Shown: one piece after another, positions 57,804 to 64,000 of the stretch
Layout of the letters: each line of letters begins with the position of its first letter
Numbering within the stretch: the first letter of the stretch is position 1
Assembly (NCBI GenBank): GCA_040768905.1
Contig: JAXGMA010000001.1
Coordinates: forward strand, 1,299,806 to 1,363,805
Length of the DNA: 64,000 nucleotides
Reading direction: 5' to 3'
Source: Christensenellales bacterium
GTDB lineage: Bacteria > Bacillota > Clostridia > Christensenellales > SZUA-584
Program-made: the position numbers and the translations under genes
The notes under the pieces: model-generated
What the model was told of the DNA's origin: nothing
Database searches by the model: none
Seen by the model: the letters and a program-made list of their open reading frames with translations, nothing else

Positions 57804-58309
57804 AGCAAACCACCTTTTTAAGATTGTACGCCTGCGTGCCCAACGGACTCTATCAAAAATAAATAAAGAATAAACTTATGTATGTTTTCAATATAGTGTA
57901 TGGCTTTGTTTTTGTCAATATGTTTTATGTTATTGTTGTCTTATTGTCTTTACATATTACTCGCTTTATAATGGGTGTATGAGAACAAGCCGCGTGCATC
58001 TCCCTCAAGGATAAATCTATATATATTTTATGTTGCCTAATCACAGACCGTCTAACAAGTGGTCATTTTTTAACAGCGCAATGATAGGTTTTTAAGCATG
58101 CAGATGAATGTCAAATAGTTCTTGTTTATTAATGGCATAAAGAGTAAACTGTAAGCGTGGCAAAAAGATCTTGTTGAGACGAAGCTGAAGATTTTTAAAA
58201 GACTTCTTGGCATCAATCGTTCTAAGATACTATCATGACAAGCCAATATCACAATGAACAAAACACGATGTTCCCATTGATGATGAAAAGGCTATGGAGG
58301 AATGCTTCA

Positions 58310-59407
58310 ATGAAAAAAACGCCGTTATTTGAGACTCACTGCAAACTTGGAGGCAAGATAATCGATTTTGGCGGCTGGGCACTGCCTGTGCAGTATACGG
58401 GTGTGATCAAGGAACATGAACAAGTGAGAAGTGCAGCAGGCCTTTTTGATGTGTCTCATATGGGAGAGATCACGGTCAGAGGAAGTGATGCCCAAATGTT
58501 CCTGCAAAATGTTCTGTCTAATGACATATTAAAAACAAGAAAGCATCAGGCTGTCTATTCCCCCATGTGTTATCCAGATGGCGGTGTGGTCGACGACCTG
58601 CTCGTTTATAAGTTCGATACGGACGATTACCTTTTGGTCGTTAATGCTTCGAATACGCAAAAAGATGATGAATGGCTTAAAAAACAAGCTTATGGCCAGG
58701 TTGAAATTGAGAACGTGACGAACAGCTACGCACAACTTGCGATCCAGGGCCCAAAGGCGCAGCAAATCCTTCAAACGCTGTGTGATTTTGATCTTCATGA
58801 AATCAAGTTCTTTTGTTTCAAGCCTGATGTGCGCATCGGCGGTATACCGGCCATGGTATCACGCACCGGGTATACGGGAGAAGACGGGTTTGAGATTTAC
58901 ATTGCCTCCGGCGATGCACCGCTTTTATGGGACGCACTGCTGGCGGCCGGCGGAGGCTATGGCCTTGTTCCCGTCGGACTTGGCGCAAGAGACACGTTGC
59001 GGCTCGAAGCCGCACTGCCGCTGTACGGGCAGGATATATCAGAGCATATCACGCCGTTCGAAGCTGGCCTTGGTTTGTTCGTGCGCACCGAAAAACAAAG
59101 TTTTATCGGCAGGGAAGCCTTGATCGCACAAGAGCAAAAAGGGCTTTTAAGGATGCGTATAGGGTTTGAGATGATCGACCCCGGCATTCCAAGAAGCCAT
59201 TATGAAGTGTTTTCGGACGGAAAAGTGATCGGTTTTGTGACATCAGGCACTTTTTCCCCCACATTAAAAAAAAGCATCGGGCTTGCCATCGTGCAGAGCG
59301 AATATACGCCCTTAGGCACTAAGATCGATATTGGTATCAGAAACAAACCGGTCAAAGCCAAGGTTGTCAAACTGCCGTTCTATTCAAAAAAATATAGAAA
59401 AGATTAG
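58310..59407 (+). CDS. gcvT: aminomethyltransferase (glycine cleavage T protein)
   Basis: 365 aa from MKKTPLFETH, with GLFDVSHMGE and RTGYTGEDGFEI. GGAGGAA RBS. The ORF-track start at 58235 is an upstream extension. Confidence 0.9.
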   Translation: MKKTPLFETHCKLGGKIIDFGGWALPVQYTGVIKEHEQVRSAAGLFDVSHMGEITVRGSDAQMFLQNVLSNDILKTRKHQAVYSPMCYPDGGVVDDLLVYKFDTDDYLLVVNASNTQKDDEWLKKQAYGQVEIENVTNSYAQLAIQGPKAQQILQTLCDFDLHEIKFFCFKPDVRIGGIPAMVSRTGYTGEDGFEIYIASGDAPLLWDALLAAGGGYGLVPVGLGARDTLRLEAALPLYGQDISEHITPFEAGLGLFVRTEKQSFIGREALIAQEQKGLLRMRIGFEMIDPGIPRSHYEVFSDGKVIGFVTSGTFSPTLKKSIGLAIVQSEYTPLGTKIDIGIRNKPVKAKVVKLPFYSKKYRKD

Positions 59408-59490
59408 TACTTTCATATTAAAATATAAGAGGTAAACGCAAGAAGGGAGCGCATGGGAAGGCACAGCCGTGTTGACATGCAAAAAAGCAA

Positions 59491-59874
59491 ATGAATGTTT
59501 TAGACGGAATGAAGTACTCAAAAGATCACGAATGGGTAAAAGCCGAGGGAAAACAAGCCTTTATCGGCATCACCGATTACGCACAGCATCAACTTGGGGA
59601 TATCGTGTTTGTCGAGCTTCCGAAGGTGGGCGCGGATTTGGCCGCAGGTGATGCTATCGGTGTCGTCGAATCGGTGAAATCGGCATCGGACATTTTTACG
59701 CCTGTTTCAGGCAAAGTGGTGCAGGTCAACGAAACTCTGCCTGACTCGCCCGAAAAGCTCAACAAAGAGCCGTACGCGCAATGGATAGCCGTATTGGAGT
59801 TACATGATGCCGCCGAGCTTGAATCGCTGATGAGCGCCGACGAATACAGCCAGTTCTGCGGAGCAGAGGCATGA
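59491..59874 (+). CDS. gcvH: glycine cleavage system H protein
   Basis: 127 aa with YSKDHEWV and the lipoyl-lysine motif VESVKSASD. Confidence 0.9.
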   Translation: MNVLDGMKYSKDHEWVKAEGKQAFIGITDYAQHQLGDIVFVELPKVGADLAAGDAIGVVESVKSASDIFTPVSGKVVQVNETLPDSPEKLNKEPYAQWIAVLELHDAAELESLMSADEYSQFCGAEA

Positions 59875-61211
59875 GCAGATACATACCCGGTACGCACACA
59901 CAGCGGCAGGCGATGCTGCATGACATCGAGCTTGACAGCATGGAGGCTCTGTTTGCTTCCGTGCCGCAGTCCGTGCGGCTGAGCCGCGCGCTCGATCTGC
60001 CGGAAGCGATGTCAGAAATGGAAGCGGCGGCACATCTGCGTTCTATCGCAGCCACAAATGCCAATACGGAAGAAAACACCTGTTTTCTCGGGGCGGGCGT
60101 TTATGACCACTACATACCTTCCGTTATCGGGTATCTGCTGCAGCGGCAGGAATTTTATACGGCATACACGCCGTATCAGGCCGAGTTGAGCCAGGGCTCT
60201 CTCCAGGCAATTTATGAGTACCAGTCGATGATATGCATGCTGACCGGCATGGACGTCGCGAATGCGTCGATGTATGACGGCGCAAGCGCACTGGCAGAGG
60301 CCGCGATGATGGCCTGCCGCTCTGTATCCAAAAATGAGATACTTGTCGCGCACAGCGTCCATCCCGAATACCGCGAGGTCATCAAAACTTACGGACGCTT
60401 CAATGGATTTGATGTCGTGGAATATCGTTATGCTGACGGAGTGATCGATCTTGCCGATCTTGAAGGTAACATATCAGATGATACCGCCGCTGTGATCGTA
60501 CAGACTCCCAACTTTTTTGGCATCATTGAGGATTTAAGAGAGGCGGCTGTCCTCGCGCACCGCAAAGGCGCGCTGCTGATCGCCAGTTGTGACCCTCTCT
60601 CGCTTGGTCTCCTTGCATGCCCGGGTGATATGGGCGCAGATATCGTTGTCGGGGAAGGCCAGCCGCTGGGGCTGCCATTAAGCTATGGCGGGCCGCATTT
60701 CGGGTTTTTTGCCTCCAAGGATGCGCTGCTGCGGAAAATGCCCGGCCGAATCGTCGGACAGACGCTTGATACAAAGGGGCGGCGCGGCTTTGTGCTGACC
60801 ATACAGGCAAGGGAGCAGCACATAAGAAGAGAAAAAGCAACATCGAACATCTGCACAAACCAGGCTTTGTGCGCACTCGCGGCAACGGTCTATTTAACGG
60901 TGATGGGCAAGCAGGGCCTTGGCGATGTCGCCAGTCAATGTGTATGCAAGGCGCATTATGCCTGTGAAAAGCTGGTGGAGACAGGCCTTTTTAGTCCTGC
61001 TTTTCAAAAGCCTTTTTTCAAAGAGTTCGCGCTTAAATACAAGGGGAATATCAAAACATTGAATGAGAAGCTGCTTGAACACCGCATCATCGGCGGTGCC
61101 GACCTTGGCCAATATTACCCCGAACTTGAGAATACATGGCTCGTCGCGGTGACGGAAAAACGTACAAAGGCGCAGATCGACCGGCTGGCGGAAAAGGCGG
61201 TGGCGGTATGA
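59871..61211 (+). CDS. gcvPA: glycine dehydrogenase (decarboxylating) subunit 1
   Basis: 446 aa with [11 protein letters not shown] and [20 protein letters not shown] motifs. Confidence 0.9.
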   Translation: MSRYIPGTHTQRQAMLHDIELDSMEALFASVPQSVRLSRALDLPEAMSEMEAAAHLRSIAATNANTEENTCFLGAGVYDHYIPSVIGYLLQRQEFYTAYTPYQAELSQGSLQAIYEYQSMICMLTGMDVANASMYDGASALAEAAMMACRSVSKNEILVAHSVHPEYREVIKTYGRFNGFDVVEYRYADGVIDLADLEGNISDDTAAVIVQTPNFFGIIEDLREAAVLAHRKGALLIASCDPLSLGLLACPGDMGADIVVGEGQPLGLPLSYGGPHFGFFASKDALLRKMPGRIVGQTLDTKGRRGFVLTIQAREQHIRREKATSNICTNQALCALAATVYLTVMGKQGLGDVASQCVCKAHYACEKLVETGLFSPAFQKPFFKEFALKYKGNIKTLNEKLLEHRIIGGADLGQYYPELENTWLVAVTEKRTKAQIDRLAEKAVAV

Positions 61212-62659
61212 ATCAAAAAGCGCTTATTTTTGAAATGAGCCGTCCCGGCAGCACAGCCTATGCGCTTCCGAAGCTGGATGTGCCTGAAAAGGATATGAAA
61301 AAGCTGATACCTGAGAATCTGCTCCGAGCAACGCCCGCGCCTCTGCCCGAGGTCAGCGAGCCTGAAGCGGTACGGCATTTTACGCAGCTCTCAATGCGCA
61401 ACCACGGCGTGGACGCAGGGTTTTATCCGCTTGGTTCGTGCACTATGAAATACAACCCCAAGATCAACGAAGACATGGCGCGGCTTGATGGATTTGCGGG
61501 CATGCATCCGCTTGCACCGCCCAAAACCGCACAAGGCTGTTTAAAACTGCTCCATGAAACGGACAAAATGCTGAGTGAGTTAACCGGCATGGCGCGGGTA
61601 TCTCTGCAGCCGGCGGCCGGCGCGCACGGCGAGCTGTGCGGGCTGATGATCATCCGCGCCTATCATGAGCACAACGGTGATATGCAAAGAAGGACGATCG
61701 TTGTGCCCGATTCGGCACACGGCACCAATCCGGCTTCGGCGGCAGCGGCGGGCTTTAAGGTCGTCGAAGTCAAATCCGATTCTCGCGGGATGGTCGATCT
61801 GGAAGCGCTGTCTGATTTGATGGGCAACGAGACCGCAGGGCTGATGCTGACCAATCCAAACACACTGGGGCTTTTTGAAGAAAATATCTCAGCTGTCGCG
61901 GATATCGTGCACAAGGCCGGCGGCCTGCTCTACTACGACGGCGCGAATGCCAATGCCATACTGGGGATATCCCGGCCGGGCGACATGGGTTTTGATGTCG
62001 TGCATTTGAACCTGCACAAAACGTTTGGTACACCGCACGGCGGCGGCGGCCCGGGAGCTGGGCCTGTCGGAGTCAGTGCCAAGCTGGTGCCTTTTTTGCC
62101 AAAACCCGTGATAGAAAAAACCAAAGACGGCTATATACTCGATGAGGAAAGGCCGCTTTCTATCGGGCGCGTCAGATCCTTTTACGGCAACTTTACCGTT
62201 GTCGTCAAGGCATATACATATATTCTTTCGATGGGCGCAGACGGACTGAAAAAGGTGTCTGAAACAGCCGTTCTCAACGCAAACTACATCAAGGAAAAAC
62301 TTAAAACGGATTTTGCGCTGCCTTACGATACACCTTGTATGCATGAGGTGATACTCTCGGCAATCAAACAAAATGCGCATGGTGTCTCGGCCTTGGATAT
62401 CGCCAAGCGGCTCATGGATTTTGGCTTTCATCCGCCGACAGTCTATTTTCCGCTGATCGTCAAAGAAGCGATGATGATCGAGCCGACCGAAACGGAAAAC
62501 AGGGAAACGCTTGATGCGTTTATCGGCGCGATGAAAAAGATAGCCAGAGAAGCCAAAGAGGAGCCGGATACCGTCAAAAATGCGCCGCATTCCACGATCG
62601 TATCAAGGCTTGACGAAAAAACCGCCGTGACAAAAAGAATACTTAAATACACACCATAA
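61208..62659 (+). CDS. gcvPB: glycine dehydrogenase (decarboxylating) subunit 2
   Basis: About 483 aa from MNQKALIFE, with the PLP-lysine region [20 protein letters not shown] overlap with gcvPA. Confidence 0.9.
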   Translation: MNQKALIFEMSRPGSTAYALPKLDVPEKDMKKLIPENLLRATPAPLPEVSEPEAVRHFTQLSMRNHGVDAGFYPLGSCTMKYNPKINEDMARLDGFAGMHPLAPPKTAQGCLKLLHETDKMLSELTGMARVSLQPAAGAHGELCGLMIIRAYHEHNGDMQRRTIVVPDSAHGTNPASAAAAGFKVVEVKSDSRGMVDLEALSDLMGNETAGLMLTNPNTLGLFEENISAVADIVHKAGGLLYYDGANANAILGISRPGDMGFDVVHLNLHKTFGTPHGGGGPGAGPVGVSAKLVPFLPKPVIEKTKDGYILDEERPLSIGRVRSFYGNFTVVVKAYTYILSMGADGLKKVSETAVLNANYIKEKLKTDFALPYDTPCMHEVILSAIKQNAHGVSALDIAKRLMDFGFHPPTVYFPLIVKEAMMIEPTETENRETLDAFIGAMKKIAREAKEEPDTVKNAPHSTIVSRLDEKTAVTKRILKYTP

Positions 62660-62710
62660 AGCCACAATTTTATCTGCTTTTTAAGGATTGCGTTCTTCTT
62701 AGGCGAAGAT

Positions 62711-62908
62711 TTGATGCGCTTTTGGACACACGCCCTTAAGGTGGCGCGGCTGCTTAAAAACCTGCGTCAGCTGTTTGACAACAGGGGCGAAGACAAGACC
62801 GCGTTCAACTGTCAAGACAAGGCGTGGCGCGAGCGGCTCAAACCGGGCATCATTACACAAGAAAACTATATTGCCCGGCTGAAATCGCATTATAAAAAGA
62901 AAATGTAA
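62711..62908 (+). CDS. hypothetical small basic protein (65 aa), uncertain
   Basis: The ORF is followed 4 nt later by an intrinsic terminator. The sequence looks helical and charged. The RBS is weak (AGGCGAAG). Confidence 0.3.
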   Translation: MMRFWTHALKVARLLKNLRQLFDNRGEDKTAFNCQDKAWRERLKPGIITQENYIARLKSHYKKKM

Positions 62909-62911
62909 ATA

Positions 62912-62935
62912 GGTGATGGCTTCATCATCTTTTTT
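62912..62935 (+). terminator. intrinsic terminator
   Basis: GGTGATG-GCTT-CATCATC followed by TTTTTT. Confidence 0.75.
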
Positions 62936-62969
62936 GTATGTACCCGCTCCTTGACTTATGCATTGCGCG

Positions 62970-63263
62970 TTAATCAATGACCTTGATGGATGTGATGATA
63001 GGTTGGTCTTCTTTCTTTACCGTGCCGTTATTATCCACTACTGGCGTATCCGCGCATATCCTGTCGACGATATCTATTCCATCAGTAACATAACCGAAAG
63101 CCGCATATTGCCCGTCAAGATACGTGCTGTCTTCGTGAACAATAAAAAACTGAGAGCTTGCGCTGTCATATTCATTAGAACGCGCCATCGAGATTGCGCC
63201 CCTGGTGTGAGACAGGGGATTCTTCACGCCATTTAAAGAAAACTCACCCTTTATCGTTTTGCT
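62970..63263 (-). pseudogene. cyclophilin-type peptidyl-prolyl isomerase, 5'-truncated (C-terminal ~97 codons only)
   Basis: The frame reads (SKT)[26 protein letters not shown]...SQFFIVH...YAAFG..., which is the C-terminal two-thirds of a cyclophilin. An in-frame TGA at 63264-63266 precedes it, the upstream sequence is unrelated, and the N-terminal ~65 aa are absent. Confidence 0.7.
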
Positions 63264-63970
63264 TCACCTTCGCCACATTTGTTTCGATGCGTGCTTGTGA
63301 GCAGGTAAGAACAGACGTTTGTTATAATAGCCTTCCGGTTCGTTTCCTCGGTAACAATGCAGGCTACAGCGCCGGAACGATGGGGGCAACACACTGCGCT
63401 CTTGAGGATGTTGGGATCATGACCTCAATCGGCAACATGGCAGTTGTTGAGCCTGGCGACCCGCTTCAGATTGCAAAAATTATTGAGGCCTCTCTTACAT
63501 GGGAAGCGCCTATCTATATCCGTATGGGCAGAGAATCGCAGACGGCCATCTATGAAAAAGACTATAAATATGAGATCGGCAAAGCCATCACCGTCAAGGA
63601 AGGCGCAGACGGCGCATTTATTTGCAGCGGATCTATTGTACATTTTGCGCTGGATGCTGCGAAGAAGCTCAAGGACGATATCGGCGCTGATGTTCGCGTG
63701 ATTGATATGCATACGATTAAGCCTCTCGACAAGGATGCTGTTATTACTGCAGCGAAGACAGGCCGGATCGTTTGTGCTCAGGATGGGAATATCATTGGCG
63801 GTCTTGGCCACCACGTAGCCGCAGCGCTTATGGAAGCCGGTGCATCCTGCAAATACAAAATGTTCGGTTGCCCGGATCATTTCGTGCCGGTCGCTACGAC
63901 GGAGTACTTATACAGAAAAAATGAATATGATACACAGGGCTTATATGACCACATGAAGAAATTATTGTAA
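63260..63970 (+). pseudogene. transketolase C-terminal-subunit paralogue, 5'-truncated
   Basis: Homology starts at about [16 protein letters not shown] and runs through GATHCALEDVGIM to the C-terminus. The first ~90 aa (including the FPER...EQNM region) and any N-terminal-subunit gene are missing. It is diverged from the intact copy at 20780-21739. Confidence 0.7.
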
Positions 63971-64000
63971 AAGGCAGGTGTTCCTCCATCCAAGCTGACC

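Noticed and set aside
57804-58309. The expected glycine riboswitch upstream of gcvT.
   Set aside because: I searched the 500-bp AT-rich region for the conserved GGAGAG...CACCG...GGGGCAA-type elements and found none. Only weak promoter-like hexamers are present. Absence by eye is not proof, so an Rfam scan would settle it.
62699-62977. A 92-aa minus-strand ORF between gcvPB and the cyclophilin fragment.
   Set aside because: It is antisense to the terminator-flanked plus-strand small ORF, runs through the terminator hairpin, and has no RBS or recognisable motif.
1-64000. Mobile elements, CRISPR arrays, tRNA/rRNA genes and prophage genes.
   Set aside because: I saw no transposase, integrase or recombinase-like ORF, no arrays of regularly spaced repeats, and no tRNA-like cloverleaf candidates in the intergenic regions.

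Overview
The window looks like DNA from a Gram-positive anaerobe. The gene content is Clostridia-like, AGGAGG-type RBSs are common, and many start and stop codons overlap. No rRNA, tRNA, CRISPR array, transposase or integrase was seen.

Layout:
(1) 1-4.8 kb holds arginine genes: the argD 3' end, carB, argF and a GNAT acetyltransferase.
(2) 4.9-13.5 kb is one operon covering the whole shikimate pathway plus the Tyr and Phe branches (aroF-tyrA-aroB-aroA-aroC-pheA-aroE/aroK fusion-aroQ). It is preceded by a promoter, a 37-codon leader ORF rich in Tyr/Phe/Trp, and an intrinsic terminator. This looks like a ribosome-mediated attenuator.
(3) 13.6-39.4 kb carries about 23 co-directional minus-strand genes and is the most interesting region. 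It encodes a CUT2-type sugar/polyol ABC importer and a divergent glycyl radical enzyme (GRE). The GRE activase is interrupted by a 1-nt frameshift in an A9/T9 run. Next come a GntR regulator and a Zn-ADH / MoaD-like / tungsten-type aldehyde:ferredoxin oxidoreductase (AOR) / cupin module. After these lie the full 4-hydroxybutyrate to acetyl-CoA route (Fe-ADH, AbfD, CoA-transferase, crotonase, HADH, thiolase), a split transketolase, another Zn-ADH, an FGGY kinase and an SMP-30-type lactonase. I could not match this combination to a described pathway.
(4) 39.5-45 kb holds assorted oxidoreductases and pta.
(5) 45.2-47.7 kb is a family 2A encapsulin shell gene translationally coupled to an N-terminally extended cysteine desulfurase.
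(6) A receiver-GGDEF regulator follows.
(7) 49.1-57.8 kb is a second GntR-controlled cluster that repeats the Zn-ADH/AOR/MoaD-like/cupin module. It also has a cupin-type (archaeal-type) phosphoglucose isomerase, a KDPG-type aldolase and no kinase.
(8) 58.3-62.7 kb is gcvT-gcvH-gcvPA-gcvPB, with no recognisable glycine riboswitch.
(9) 62.97-63.97 kb holds two 5'-truncated genes (cyclophilin and a transketolase C-subunit paralogue) abutting head-to-head, which marks a rearrangement or assembly junction.

All functional calls rest on reading motifs in the supplied translations and on hand inspection of intergenic DNA. No database search was run.
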